A stretch of DNA of 64,000 nt from the NCBI GenBank assembly GCA_047947115.1, contig CP170459.1, positions 4,960,001 to 5,024,000 on the forward strand, in the 5' to 3' direction. Every line of letters begins with the position of its first letter. The first letter of the stretch is position 1. Below are positions 41,201-51,267 of this stretch, in pieces. The translations under genes and the position numbers were made by a program. The notes under the pieces were generated by a model. That model made no database searches and was not told where the DNA came from. It was given only the letters and a program-made list of their open reading frames with translations. Source of the DNA: Verrucomicrobiota bacterium. GTDB lineage: Bacteria; Verrucomicrobiota; Verrucomicrobiia; Limisphaerales; AAA164-E04.

Positions 41201-41741
41201 AAAACAAACAAAGCAACAAGGCGAGCCCGCAGGGCACCCCCGCAATCCAGCCCCATGTGACATGTCGTGGGAACGGGACGGCATCGCTGAGATCGCGTTT
41301 TCCCATTTCTTCGTCGACCTGCTTCATGGCGGCCTGAACCAGATCCTTGCTTTTGCCATGTTGCCGGACATTCAAGGCCAGTTCGACAATACCCAGCAAG
41401 TGATCGCCAAAACGCGGGTATTTGTAACGCACCAATCGGGCGGATTGATCCAGGGTCCGGTTCTTCCAGACCCAGGTCCTCAGCTTCAGAGGCAAACAAA
41501 CCAGACACCCCACACTCCCTGTTGTCACAATCAAGGCCCTAACCCATTTGGGTGTATCCCACCATCGATCGAGTCCGAACACCAACAGGTAGGAAATCAC
41601 CCATCCAAACAGGGCGATCAAAATCCCCTCAGCGATCTTGATCCTCCAAACTTTTTTTTGGAATTCAACCAACGATGACTCCAGCCTGGGCGGCAGTGCC
41701 ACCCGGTCGGTCTCGTTGTGTTGTGGTTGATTGTTTTGCAT
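38268..41741 (-). CDS. Large membrane-anchored coiled-coil protein (DUF4175-like)
   Basis: Three N-terminal TMs, Ig-like region with D.AP.V and A.DDFG, coiled coils, S/P/A/E low-complexity insert. Confidence 0.72.
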   Translation of the reverse strand: MQNNQPQHNETDRVALPPRLESSLVEFQKKVWRIKIAEGILIALFGWVISYLLVFGLDRWWDTPKWVRALIVTTGSVGCLVCLPLKLRTWVWKNRTLDQSARLVRYKYPRFGDHLLGIVELALNVRQHGKSKDLVQAAMKQVDEEMGKRDLSDAVPFPRHVTWGWIAGVPCGLALLLCLFSPAASSNALLRWMMPWKQLDRYTFAQLQGESTPHVVPYAEPFQYEVRLKPDAPWKPAVGQAQYGSQMPVSAERDGDVFLFGMPPQTLDASLDIQVGDARRQIPVRPRIRPALNELFAESTLPDYLQINDPIVEDVRGGMVSLVKGSRLSFRASATRELQLATLNGNPQSVSGASLSTEPVLVEASGEYPLNWQDVLGLEPREPQVMRVEVRGDQAPSVSLARFQNNQVVLPNELISFEIVASDDFGIQQLGIEWAGIEDPVLNPSPTKGEKTVAAGGPKDDRLSVAATFSALREKLKPQSIQLRAYATDYFPDRPRSYSPYMVVHVMAPEDHYQWVTEQMRLWAGVSQEIYERELQLHQTNEALSQLSREELDTPERRQQVQAQAAAERSNTDKLETLIRVGKELVQDAARNTSFDPAQLSMWAETIRALESIAGQQMPSVASLLAQGAESPSLNTRPSEASQLGSESSMASSEASSGMASATKNEPAGSPSAPDMPSGDHVRSGPPYKDLPEAGTDGTSGSQATQTASVDRSKAETGEASSGNAPPNPTPGIGDTESGFNPNEPAQASSEESPQVQGGLGLPSTTLRGSGRPPQEEQEQAKMESKPEESNKELVSKAVEVQADLIASFAKVAQELQQLLLSFENSTFVKRLKSAARQQLELASELNDLDGFGLDAGEINDETSRNILGDLQLAASEEVLTIHEDMDAYAERRPSDKFTRVLDEMQTSDVVEEIKDIKSYIQNNAVGNATIASEYWADTLDRWAEQLVDPLPPPEPSDGESDDIELPNLPPEIILEVVRLIHQEIELREETRELDHARHALHTDEITQRSKALEQTQSDMATHARGLREDIKALPKAGHPMMQKHMQKLTEAASVMDEVVTRLANEETGPDTIAAISEVIEILLETGRVPNTTTVTKANPTQTPALLLMGVGDDALDAYIEERVAGQATGRSGRELPVEFRQGLDAYLSALERNLRE

Positions 41742-41760
41742 GTTCGATTTGATCGCGTGC

Positions 41761-43974
41761 TTAAATAGTGCCAGTCATTTTCCGTCCGATCCAAAAGATT
41801 CCCATCATAAAAATCAGAAAACCACACCACACCGGATGCGCCCACAAACGGGTGCGATGCAACACCGGATCCGGTTCCGGCATTTCGCGCAGGTGTTGCA
41901 GCAAACGATCCACTTCGTGCATGTCCACCATTTGCCCGTGAGTGACCGACGCAATCTCTTCCAGCACATCGAAACGAGCCTGACGTCCCTGCCGTTCCCG
42001 ATGGGCTCCATAAACCGATAAATCCGTTTCAATGGAAGCGCCGGTTTCTTCACTCCTCGCTTTCAGTCGATAATTGCCGGGTTCTTTCGGAGCAAATGTT
42101 CCGCTGAACAATCCACGCGCGTCCCCTTCTCCGGGTTGCAAACGAATCGATTCCTTTTTCCCGGAAGGCGCCTGAGTTTCCACCACAACGGAACCTTCAT
42201 CCTGAAATCCGCCCAGTTCGTCCAGCACATTGGCGTTCAATGTCACCTGATCATCCACACGAGGCCGTTCGGGAGAAAAGAACAGGCGCATGGATTTTCC
42301 CTGGGTTTTTTGACGTTGATACGCCATCCAACGGGCCACTTGTCCCCAGAACCGATAATGGTACCGATCTTCCACCCCTTCACGCCATCGCCAGGCGCCG
42401 TCCGTCCCCATGAACAACACTTTTCCGGTTCCGAAGGTTTTGGTCACAATCAAGGGCACGCGTCCTGCCTCGGCCGAGGCTCGCTCGTGCACTGCCAGGA
42501 TCTCTGTTCCCACTTTGGCGCGCTGGATGCCCGCATACCAATTGAAACCGGGAAGCCGCCGCCAGATCTCAGCATTCTCATCGTCCGTGTCCGCCAGTTT
42601 GGTCAACAGGCTGCGACGTCCGGATTCGGTCAGTGAAAAATGGCCTTTGTCCGGAGACCCGATTCCTTTGGGTTGTTCGGGATCAGTGATCACCGGATAC
42701 AACTCTTCCAGCGGACTGGATGCCAACGATTCCTGCCATCCATATCGTCCGGGAATAAATACCAAACCAGAAGCCTGTGAACTGACCAGTTGTTTCAGAT
42801 CGAGCGTCTGTTCTTCCGTCATCTGCTTGGGCCCGATCCCGACATCCCCGAGGAACACCACATCAAATCGGCTCAACTCACTGGCCGTTGGAAATTCCTT
42901 GATATAGGATCGACCACCTCCAACTTGCGGCAGTTTGGGATGAAACAGCAAACAGGTGACCTCCACCCCCGGATCCCGCTCCAGCGCATTGCGCAGATAT
43001 CGATACTCCCAGCGCGGATAGGATTCGACCACCAACACCTTCAACTGTTCTTTGCGGACCGACATGGGAGCCGTGATACGGTTGTTTTCTTCAATCAGGT
43101 CCATGGAGTCTTGCGTCAACACCAGTTCCAACTCCACATCCCCGACCGCTCCTGGGGTCCAGGTAAGACTCTGTGTTTTCTTTCCCATCGCGGCAATCTG
43201 AACCAATTCTTCCGCCACTTGTTCGCCATCGACATACAAGCGCACAAACACATTCCGATCCTGACCAAGCGAACTCGACACATTGAACGGAATCCGCAAG
43301 GGTTTGTGGGCCACCGCAAACGTGGGAGCGTCCATCCCCACCAGTTCCACGTCGGGCAAAGGCGTCCTGCTGCCAACACCTACCGCAAACACCGGGACGC
43401 CTTTCATGCGATAACGGGTGGCGGCCTGAATGGGGGGCTGTCCAAAATTCCAATCACCGTCCGACAACAACACAACGCCTCGCAACTGGGAATGGTTTTC
43501 AAGGACCTGCATCAGTCCGGCATTCAAATCGGAAGCTTGTTGGGACGGTTCCAACTGAGATGAAAACGTTTCAAAAACCACTCGAGTCGACCGGGCATTT
43601 TCAGCCGACGAAAAGTCCCAATAAGCATCTTCCATGAATGGTACGATGGCCTTTTCCCGACTTCGGATCTGCCGGTCGGCCGAGGTATCATCGATAACAT
43701 CCTTGGTTTGCATGCTGTCGGACACATCCGTCAACACCACCAGCACATCACTCTGATACGATCTGCTGAAACTCACCCATTCGGGCTGCCACAAAGTCAC
43801 CACCACCAGCAACAGCAACACAAACCTCAGCAGTTCCATCCAGCCAATAGCCGGACGAAACCCGCTGCGACGCCATGCCGTCCAGCAAAAGTAAACCGCC
43901 GCGACCAGGATACCCAGTCCGAGAAACGTCGCCAGTCCACTGGGCAAAAACGATAATCCTTCTTGTCCCATCAT
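41761..43974 (-). CDS. Membrane protein with vWA, Ig-like and GATase1-like domains
   Basis: N-terminal TMs, DVSDSM MIDAS, LLSDG, ENN, PRWEYRYLRNAL.RD, WRWR, C-terminal TM. Confidence 0.82.
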   Translation of the reverse strand: MMGQEGLSFLPSGLATFLGLGILVAAVYFCWTAWRRSGFRPAIGWMELLRFVLLLLVVVTLWQPEWVSFSRSYQSDVLVVLTDVSDSMQTKDVIDDTSADRQIRSREKAIVPFMEDAYWDFSSAENARSTRVVFETFSSQLEPSQQASDLNAGLMQVLENHSQLRGVVLLSDGDWNFGQPPIQAATRYRMKGVPVFAVGVGSRTPLPDVELVGMDAPTFAVAHKPLRIPFNVSSSLGQDRNVFVRLYVDGEQVAEELVQIAAMGKKTQSLTWTPGAVGDVELELVLTQDSMDLIEENNRITAPMSVRKEQLKVLVVESYPRWEYRYLRNALERDPGVEVTCLLFHPKLPQVGGGRSYIKEFPTASELSRFDVVFLGDVGIGPKQMTEEQTLDLKQLVSSQASGLVFIPGRYGWQESLASSPLEELYPVITDPEQPKGIGSPDKGHFSLTESGRRSLLTKLADTDDENAEIWRRLPGFNWYAGIQRAKVGTEILAVHERASAEAGRVPLIVTKTFGTGKVLFMGTDGAWRWREGVEDRYHYRFWGQVARWMAYQRQKTQGKSMRLFFSPERPRVDDQVTLNANVLDELGGFQDEGSVVVETQAPSGKKESIRLQPGEGDARGLFSGTFAPKEPGNYRLKARSEETGASIETDLSVYGAHRERQGRQARFDVLEEIASVTHGQMVDMHEVDRLLQHLREMPEPDPVLHRTRLWAHPVWCGFLIFMMGIFWIGRKMTGTI

Positions 43975-46037
43975 CAGGCGACTGCCTCCTTTCGTGATGG
44001 AAAACCAGAGGTTCCCCCCACCTTACGGCCATCGAATGGTTGCGCCTTTTCCGGGAGGCACAAGCCGGCTTCTGCCAGCAACGCCAGCGCCATCAGGATC
44101 AAAAAGAATTTCCATACTTCACTCGCCAGGGAAGCCTGATCATCCACTGTATCCCGGATCTTCTGCAGAGTCATGCCTTCAAACAAAGGATCCACCAACC
44201 CCTCCGAAAGCAGTTCCACGTCATCCTCATCCGGGCTGCGGTTCAAAGCCACCCACTCGTCTCCCTTGCGAAAAACACCGGCGTGCATCCCCCGGTCGGA
44301 CAAGGTTGTTGGTTCGGCCACCAGGTTCATCACTTCATGATCAGCCAGATAAGCGGCCCACTCGCTGCCGGCATTCAAATGATTTGCCTTGGCAAGAGAT
44401 CGGCTTCCGAGTTCCAAAGAACGCTGAAGCATCACGTAAAAGGAAACCGCGTCTCTTTCCATCGAGGAAAACTCATCGGAGGGCAAGGTGGCACAAAAAT
44501 AAGCAGCGCCCTTTTGAAGATTGGCCCGCACCAGAAACGGATCGTCCTTTCCGATGCGCGCAAGGGTTGTTCCGGCGGTCCCCTGATCGGAAAAAGAAAT
44601 GGCGCAACGTTTATGCGCACGCAATTCATCCAGGGGAAGAGCCTGTCCGCTGTCCACTCTCCCCAACAAATCCGCATCATCCCGCCACCAGCTGAGTGAT
44701 CGGTCGACGTCATCTTCAAGAACATGCCATCCCGCCCACTGCATTCCAAATATCTCACCGTTGTCGGGCGATTCTGGGGGAAAAAAGAAAACGACCCGCC
44801 CGGAGGCCACAAACCGTTCGATTTCCTCCGCAACCACACCGGAAGGCAAAGGCGCTTGCCAAACCAGCAAGGAGGTTTGGTCCCAATCGATGTTACCCGT
44901 TTGCAGACTGGTCACCACCTCGGCCTCATGTTCCAACCCGGTTTCGACCGGAATGGACAGGTTCAGCTTAAAGGATTCCCCCATCGCTTTGTCGTCCGTC
45001 ACAATGACCGCTTTGCGTTGGGGTGGTTCGGAAAACACGAAATACCAGGTATTGTCCATGGCATTGGAATCACCCGGCAAGGATACGGTTCCCCACCCGG
45101 ATCGTTGTGAGCGATCCAGTGGAATGCGATAACCGGTCAGCAACCCGCTCCCTTCACTCAATTCCACTTCGACCACCGTACGCACCTGGTTCAACGTCAC
45201 CTGCACCGGCGCTTTCCTGGGCGCCGGACGGGTTCGATTTGTTTCGGCCTGCACGTTCACCTGGATATCCAGAATCAATTCAGCACCATCCCGGGTCTGC
45301 CTTCGTTTCACATTGGATGCCCGGATCGAAAGGTTTCCGGACGGGGGTTCCGGATAGGATAACAAAAAGTGATGCACCCCCTCCATTTCAGCAAATTGAT
45401 TACGGATCACTTCCCAGCGACCGCTCCCGGCATCCCAATCATGTCCACTCAAATCAGACAACACCCAAACATCCGCCCTTCCGGATTCATTGGCATTCAG
45501 ATAAGCCAGGGCTTTTTCCAGCATTCCGGGTATATCGGCACTGACATCGGAAGCCTTTGTCATCGGCAAATCACGCAGACTTTCCGGGGATTCAAGAACC
45601 TGCGACTGCCCACTCGCGCTATCAATCAAGACCAACTGACTGCCATAACCTTTCTGCTGTAAAAGATCGGACAACTTGTTCAGAGCGGTCGAACGTTTGG
45701 ATTGGCCGGACTGCAGATCCTGCGCCTCCATACTGGGCGACCGGTCCAGCAGCACGAGCGTTGCGTCCGGTTTTCCCCAACCAAGCATCCCCATTTTGCC
45801 GCTGACCAATGGTCGGCTCACGGCAAACAAAACCGCCGCCACAGCCGCCATACGAGCGGCCATAATCAGCAGGTAACGCAATCGGGCCATGCCCTTGTTC
45901 ATGCGATTGGCCTTGGCCAGGAACATGGTGGCCGCCCAACGGATGGATCGATGCCGGTTGCGATGAATCAAATGGATGATCACCGGCAAAGCCATCAACG
46001 GCAGGGCAAACAAGATCCATGGCTGAAGGAAGCTCAT
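43974..46037 (-). CDS. BatA N-terminal domain / vWA protein
   Basis: MSFLQP...LPVIIHL...WAA..FL BatA motif, LLDRSPSM, LSDL, C-terminal TM. Confidence 0.87.
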   Translation of the reverse strand: MSFLQPWILFALPLMALPVIIHLIHRNRHRSIRWAATMFLAKANRMNKGMARLRYLLIMAARMAAVAAVLFAVSRPLVSGKMGMLGWGKPDATLVLLDRSPSMEAQDLQSGQSKRSTALNKLSDLLQQKGYGSQLVLIDSASGQSQVLESPESLRDLPMTKASDVSADIPGMLEKALAYLNANESGRADVWVLSDLSGHDWDAGSGRWEVIRNQFAEMEGVHHFLLSYPEPPSGNLSIRASNVKRRQTRDGAELILDIQVNVQAETNRTRPAPRKAPVQVTLNQVRTVVEVELSEGSGLLTGYRIPLDRSQRSGWGTVSLPGDSNAMDNTWYFVFSEPPQRKAVIVTDDKAMGESFKLNLSIPVETGLEHEAEVVTSLQTGNIDWDQTSLLVWQAPLPSGVVAEEIERFVASGRVVFFFPPESPDNGEIFGMQWAGWHVLEDDVDRSLSWWRDDADLLGRVDSGQALPLDELRAHKRCAISFSDQGTAGTTLARIGKDDPFLVRANLQKGAAYFCATLPSDEFSSMERDAVSFYVMLQRSLELGSRSLAKANHLNAGSEWAAYLADHEVMNLVAEPTTLSDRGMHAGVFRKGDEWVALNRSPDEDDVELLSEGLVDPLFEGMTLQKIRDTVDDQASLASEVWKFFLILMALALLAEAGLCLPEKAQPFDGRKVGGTSGFPSRKEAVA

Positions 46038-46957
46038 GCGGAGGCCGCGCCTTTCTGTTTGGGTTTGCGTCGGATAAGGAAGTCAGACAACACTTCCCCC
46101 ACCGTATCCTTGAGATTCACCCGATGGTAATCCACACCGGCTTCCCGCATGACCACGCTGATGGATTGAAGATATTCCTGCATGGCGGTGCGATATTGAC
46201 GCGCCATCAAACTCGGATCCGCCATAATGGGATCGCCTCCCTCCATGTCCAGGAAGCGCATGGGCCGGTCAAAATCAAAATCGACCTCCGATTGATCCAG
46301 CAAATGAAAGACCGCCACATCATGTTTCCGGAATCGCAAATGCTGAAAACAATGCCGCAGTATGTCCGGTTCGATGTAAAGATCGGAAAACACAGCCACC
46401 AGGGCACGCTGCTGGATATTTTCCGCCGCTTCATGCAAAGCGTCGGCCAAGCCCGTTTCGCCTTCGGCTTTCATTTCGGAAAGTTTATCGAGAATCAATC
46501 GAAGGTGGCTGGCATTTCTTCTGGGCCGTATTTCGGTATGGAACCCTTTACCCGCGCAATACAAGCCCACGGCATCCCCCTGCTTGGTCGCCATATAAGC
46601 CATGGTGCCTGCCAGGGATTTCATCATCTGCAGTTTCGAAAGACCATCGACATCGAAATCCATGGAACCGCTGGTGTCAGTGATCAGGCAAAGTCGAAGA
46701 TTGGTATCGGCCTCGAACTCACGAATGTAAAACCGGTCCGAACGCCCCCAGGCCCGCCAGTCCATGCGACGCGGATCATCCCCCGGGACATATTTACGAT
46801 ACTCGGCAAATTCCAGGCTGGCTCCCTTGATGGGACTGCGGTGGCGACCGGACACACTGCCCAGCATGGGGACACGCGCATTGAGCCCCTGTCCGGTCAG
46901 TTTTGCCACGACTTTCGGATCGATGAAGTCGTGTTTGCTTTTCCCTGTATCCGCCAC
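46034..46957 (-). CDS. DUF58 protein (MoxR partner)
   Basis: GRHRS..G.S.EFAEYR.Y.PGDD.R..DW, DTSGSM, FSD. Confidence 0.93.
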   Translation of the reverse strand: MADTGKSKHDFIDPKVVAKLTGQGLNARVPMLGSVSGRHRSPIKGASLEFAEYRKYVPGDDPRRMDWRAWGRSDRFYIREFEADTNLRLCLITDTSGSMDFDVDGLSKLQMMKSLAGTMAYMATKQGDAVGLYCAGKGFHTEIRPRRNASHLRLILDKLSEMKAEGETGLADALHEAAENIQQRALVAVFSDLYIEPDILRHCFQHLRFRKHDVAVFHLLDQSEVDFDFDRPMRFLDMEGGDPIMADPSLMARQYRTAMQEYLQSISVVMREAGVDYHRVNLKDTVGEVLSDFLIRRKPKQKGAASA

Positions 46958-46963
46958 GGATGT

Positions 46964-47983
46964 TTATTCCTCCTGTTCAAGTTCGATCACCAGGCGATGA
47001 ACAATTTGACGGCTGTCAATCCCCTCGGACTCAGCCCCGAATGAAGTCAACACACGATGCATGAGCACCGGTTCCGCGACCGCAACAATATCCTCCAAAC
47101 GAACCATGTAACTTCCAAGCAAAGCGGCGCGTGATTTGGCCCCGAGAATGAGGTATTGCATGGCTCGGGGTCCCGCGCCCCAACTCACCAGGGGTTTGAG
47201 CCAATCGGGAGAATCCGTGTCACCGGGGCGTGTGCGCCGCACCAGATGGGCGGCAAATTTGTAAATATGATCCGGCACCGGAACACGACGCACCAGTTCC
47301 TGATATTTTTTAACCCGCTCTCCATCGATGACGTGTTTCAATTCAGGCATGGGATCCCCCGTCGTCAGGCGACCGATCTCGATTTCTTCCTCCAAACTCG
47401 GATACCCCACATCAATCATGAACATGAACCGGTCCAATTGGGCCTCGGGTAAAGGATAAGTCCCTTCCTGTTCGATGGGATTCTGTGTGGCCAAGACAAA
47501 GAATGGTTCTTCCATCGGATAAGAATGACCCGCCGCGGTGACACGATGTTCCTGCATGGCTTCCAGCATGGCCGCCTGAGTCTTGGAGGGAGCCCGGTTG
47601 ATTTCGTCCGCCAGAACAATGCTGGCAAACACCGGCCCTTTGACGAACTCAAACTCACGTCGTCCGGTGTCGGATTCGTGAAGAATCTCGGTCCCGGTAA
47701 TGTCCATGGGCATGAGATCCGGCGTAAACTGAATCCGGCTGAAGCTCAGATCCATCGTTTCCGCCAACCGCTTGACCAGCATCGTCTTTGCCAAGCCTGG
47801 CACCCCGATCAACAAGGCGTGTCCCTGAGCAAAAAGACATATGGCAAGGCGCTCGACCACGGACTTCTGCCCGACGATGACCTTGCCGAGTTCATCGCAC
47901 ATGAGTGCGTAATCCTGACGCAAGGCATCAATAGCGGCGACATCCTGCGCCTGGATCTGTTCATTGGCATCTGTATTCGACAT
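46964..47983 (-). CDS. moxR: MoxR family AAA+ ATPase
   Basis: GVPGLAKT, RIQFTPDLMP.D, LADEINRA, ATQNPIEQEGTYPLPEAQLDRF. Confidence 0.96.
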   Translation of the reverse strand: MSNTDANEQIQAQDVAAIDALRQDYALMCDELGKVIVGQKSVVERLAICLFAQGHALLIGVPGLAKTMLVKRLAETMDLSFSRIQFTPDLMPMDITGTEILHESDTGRREFEFVKGPVFASIVLADEINRAPSKTQAAMLEAMQEHRVTAAGHSYPMEEPFFVLATQNPIEQEGTYPLPEAQLDRFMFMIDVGYPSLEEEIEIGRLTTGDPMPELKHVIDGERVKKYQELVRRVPVPDHIYKFAAHLVRRTRPGDTDSPDWLKPLVSWGAGPRAMQYLILGAKSRAALLGSYMVRLEDIVAVAEPVLMHRVLTSFGAESEGIDSRQIVHRLVIELEQEE

Positions 47984-48222
47984 GATGTAAACGATAACTT
48001 CGTATAAATTCAGATTAACGGGTTGAGGTCCATTTCAGATGGATTAACGAAAATGATCAATCGTAATCGTAAGGGAGAAGAATGATTTTCATACGGTCTT
48101 GCGGATAACGCAGACATTCTTTATTTTTCCTTGGCAAGGCTCAGGCCAACAACATGGTTCGCACCGAAAACAACCCATGCCACAAAGCTACATCAAAACG
48201 ACAACGAAATTGAACAACGTTC

Positions 48223-48254
48223 TCTGGAATGCGGTGGCTCGACACCGCTCTGGA
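48223..48254. repeat. REP-like palindrome
   Basis: TGGAAT-GCGGTG-GCTCGA-CACCGC-TCTGGA, intergenic. Confidence 0.5.
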
Positions 48255-48558
48255 TACCATCCGACCACGTAATGGCATTCTACTCCCCAACAACACCATT
48301 CTTGACTGCAAAAACTAAGAAGGTCCCGGTTGAAGAATGTATATGGCGTTTCCGAAAGTTAACCAGAACGGCGATAACTCGCACGCACTCAAAAATGAAC
48401 CCAACATTCACCAATGGTTTTCTGAAGTATGGCATGCTTCCCTGAATCCCTGATGGCAATCATGGAACTTAAAGAAACATTCAAAACCAGTGTAGGACCC
48501 ATTTATTGTCCCATGATTGTTGGAAGCATTCCCAAGTCTTTATAATCCTGAATCAACG

Positions 48559-49713
48559 ATGAACAACACAGCACTACTTCTGGCCGGCATTCCGGCTGTC
48601 CAAAAAAACCTCTACCACCGCATCCAGTTCATGGTGGGCGACCCTGTTGGATGGATCCAATTTCCCAACCAAAGCGAAGCGAACGGAACCTTACTGATCT
48701 GCCGGGACATCGAAATGGACCGTGCCAAAAAGCATTCCACCGCTCAAAGGGTGGCATGCCCCGCCGATTTCGCCCCGGATTCCGGATTATCCGGGGACCG
48801 CGAAACCGCCACCGCACAAGCCATTGCCGAGTGCCTGTGTCGCCAAAACATCACATCGGTCACTTCAGATCGGTCCCTTTCACTGATTTATATCAACGCG
48901 CTTAAGGAACGAGGCATCCACATTGCGTACAACCCGGACATGGGGGTCCTGGAACGACGCGCAAAATCACCTCAGGAACTGGAAGCTCTGCAAAAAGCCC
49001 AGGAAGCCACCGAATCCGTCATGATCAAGGCCTGTCAATTGGTGAGCCATGGCAAAGCACGCACAGACGGCACGCTGGAATTGGAAGGCATTCCATTGAC
49101 CTCCGAAGTGATCCGATCACGGATTGATCGCTGGTTATTGGATATTGGATACGAAAACCCCGGAAGCATTGTGGCCTGCGGTCCGGATGCGGCGGATTGT
49201 CATTTCTTCGGGGCAGGTCCTTTGCGGACCGAAACCCCGGTCATCATCGACATCTTTCCGAAAGACAAAACCAGTCAATACAACGGTGACTGCACGCGCA
49301 CCGTCGTACACGGCAAGGTGCCCTCAGATATCGAACGAGCCTACAACACCGTGGTTCAGGCCAAACTGGCTGGAATGAAAGCCGCCAAAGCCGGCGTGAC
49401 CGGCGAATCGGTCCATCGTGCCACCATCGGCGTCATCCACGAGAATGGATACGAGACCGGTCTCCCCTCAGAGACCTCACCGGCAACCCGCTGCGCCATG
49501 GTGCATGGCACCGGACATGGAGTGGGACTGGAAGTGCACGAGCCGCCCTTGTTGGATTTCAAAGGACCCCGGTTGGTGGTCGGAGATGTACTGACGATCG
49601 AACCCGGCCTCTATAGCCCCGCCTGGGGCGGCGTCCGAAGCGAGGACATGGTAGCCGTGGAAACCGACGGATGCAAAAATTTCAACAAGCTCCCGGATAC
49701 CCTGACCTGGTAG
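48559..49713 (+). CDS. Xaa-Pro aminopeptidase (M24B family)
   Basis: IDIFP, GDCTRT, HGTGHGVGLEVHE, TIEPGLY, GVRSED. TATAAT at 48541 supports ATG 48559. Confidence 0.93.
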   Translation: MNNTALLLAGIPAVQKNLYHRIQFMVGDPVGWIQFPNQSEANGTLLICRDIEMDRAKKHSTAQRVACPADFAPDSGLSGDRETATAQAIAECLCRQNITSVTSDRSLSLIYINALKERGIHIAYNPDMGVLERRAKSPQELEALQKAQEATESVMIKACQLVSHGKARTDGTLELEGIPLTSEVIRSRIDRWLLDIGYENPGSIVACGPDAADCHFFGAGPLRTETPVIIDIFPKDKTSQYNGDCTRTVVHGKVPSDIERAYNTVVQAKLAGMKAAKAGVTGESVHRATIGVIHENGYETGLPSETSPATRCAMVHGTGHGVGLEVHEPPLLDFKGPRLVVGDVLTIEPGLYSPAWGGVRSEDMVAVETDGCKNFNKLPDTLTW

Positions 49714-49801
49714 ACGGGATATCCACGACGTGTCGGGACTGCGCGTCCGCCAACGTGTCGGCACAACGCAACGGTCTTTCCTACACCCCGACGCGCCACG
49801 C

Positions 49802-49826
49802 GGCTCTGCGGCAGCAGAGCCCTACC
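49802..49826 (-). repeat. GTAG-type REP-like palindrome between convergent genes
   Basis: GGCTCTGC-GGCA-GCAGAGCC-CTACC; the minus strand begins GGTAG followed by the hairpin. Confidence 0.6.
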
Positions 49827-49830
49827 GGTG

Positions 49831-50748
49831 TCACCTTGAATAGATCGGACCGTTGAACAATTCGTTCGGAATGGGATCCTTGTTGATGATCTTGTAGGTC
49901 GTCACCCAACGCACCATTTCGGCGCTACCACCAAAACTCCCGACCACTGCGCCGCCCGGAAGGTTGTCAATGGTGCTTTGCCCGTTCTTGTTGTCAAGCT
50001 GCCACCATGTGGCCACACCCGCGTGGCGAATCGAAACACCGTTACCAGTGTTGCCCGGGGGCGGCACATTGGAAGCATCGTTGAAATTCAGTGGGTCCAA
50101 TTCATTTTGCTCCCAAAGCTGCCAACTGGTGGGTCTGAAGTTGGTCATTTTGTAAGTTCTACCACTGGGTAATGGAGCTTTACCTATGTTGTTGTACCCA
50201 CCGATCGTGCCGTTCCAACAATACGAAGTGAGCTTGACGGGACGGGCGAGCCACAGGTCCTTCAAGGGGCCTCTGCTTCGTGTGGATATATCCTTGGGAC
50301 ACCACAGGACCTTATGGTCAGAAATATAATTGCCTAACTGACTGATCCTGAAAAAAGCCAACTGGTTTTCAAACTCAGGCGAGTCGACATCCTTGCCCGC
50401 CGCCGATCCGGGTGTGTTGGGGCGTCCCGGCAAACGTCCTTTGTTCTCAGTTGCATACAACCAGTTTTCGGGACCACTCAGATTGCCTCCCCAGGACGGG
50501 TGTGCCAGATAATCCTCGTTGTCACCGGCATACATATGACTCGCCAAGAGCACCTGTTTGACGTTGTTTAAATCAAGTGTCAGTTGGGCCTTGTCCTTGG
50601 CCCGCCCCAAAGCTGGCAGAAGCATCCCCGCCAAAATGGCAATGATCGCAATAACGACCAGAAGTTCAATCAAGGTAAAAGCACGCATCCAGCGGAAGCG
50701 GCCCATCGATCTTTTTGATACCGAGGCATCTTTATTTGGATCTTTCAT
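49831..50748 (-). CDS. Prepilin-type N-terminal cleavage/methylation protein (DUF1559-like)
   Basis: [40 protein letters not shown]. Confidence 0.9.
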   Translation of the reverse strand: MKDPNKDASVSKRSMGRFRWMRAFTLIELLVVIAIIAILAGMLLPALGRAKDKAQLTLDLNNVKQVLLASHMYAGDNEDYLAHPSWGGNLSGPENWLYATENKGRLPGRPNTPGSAAGKDVDSPEFENQLAFFRISQLGNYISDHKVLWCPKDISTRSRGPLKDLWLARPVKLTSYCWNGTIGGYNNIGKAPLPSGRTYKMTNFRPTSWQLWEQNELDPLNFNDASNVPPPGNTGNGVSIRHAGVATWWQLDNKNGQSTIDNLPGGAVVGSFGGSAEMVRWVTTYKIINKDPIPNELFNGPIYSR

Positions 50749-50817
50749 AATGTGCAGCTGACTGTGGGAATGTTAGCTTCAGAAATGACATTGAAAAGGA
50801 GATTTTTAGAAGAATAA

Positions 50818-51264
50818 CTATGCTTCTTTAAGAGGAATCCAAACGCGTCGGAATCCCAATTGTTGAAAGTCCTTCACATTAGCAGTGGCCAGTTCGGTGA
50901 CTCCTTGATCAATCATGGTAAGTGCCGTCCGGACATCATATAATCGTCGAAATGCAAAGGATTTTTGCTTGGAAAACTCCCACATCCGATCATGTAAAGT
51001 ACGACTTTCAAGAGGAAAACCAATCAATCGCCAACAGGGATGATTTCGGTAAGCGTCAATCACACCACTGGCTTCGGATGCAGATAGTGGAGAAGGTAAA
51101 ACAGCGGAATTTCGAAGCAGGCAGTAAAGTTCCGCAAGGACAAATTCGGAAATAGCTATGTCTTCATCCATCTGGATGGAAGTCAACCAATCATAGGCTT
51201 CGTTGTGGCTTGGAGAATCAAGATTTAACGAATGAAGAAGGAGATTCGTATCAATCGAAAGCAT
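50818..51264 (-). CDS. vapC: VapC-family PIN-domain toxin
   Basis: IDTNLL, conserved E (VLAELY), YD..TA, TAN.KDF. Confidence 0.88.
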   Translation of the reverse strand: MLSIDTNLLLHSLNLDSPSHNEAYDWLTSIQMDEDIAISEFVLAELYCLLRNSAVLPSPLSASEASGVIDAYRNHPCWRLIGFPLESRTLHDRMWEFSKQKSFAFRRLYDVRTALTMIDQGVTELATANVKDFQQLGFRRVWIPLKEA

Positions 51265-51267
51265 GAT

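Noticed and set aside
46019..47044. 341-aa plus-strand ORF
   Set aside because: Antisense to DUF58/moxR, no recognisable domain.
48131..48445. 104-aa ORF in the moxR/peptidase intergenic region
   Set aside because: TTG start, runs through a REP-like palindrome, no motifs.
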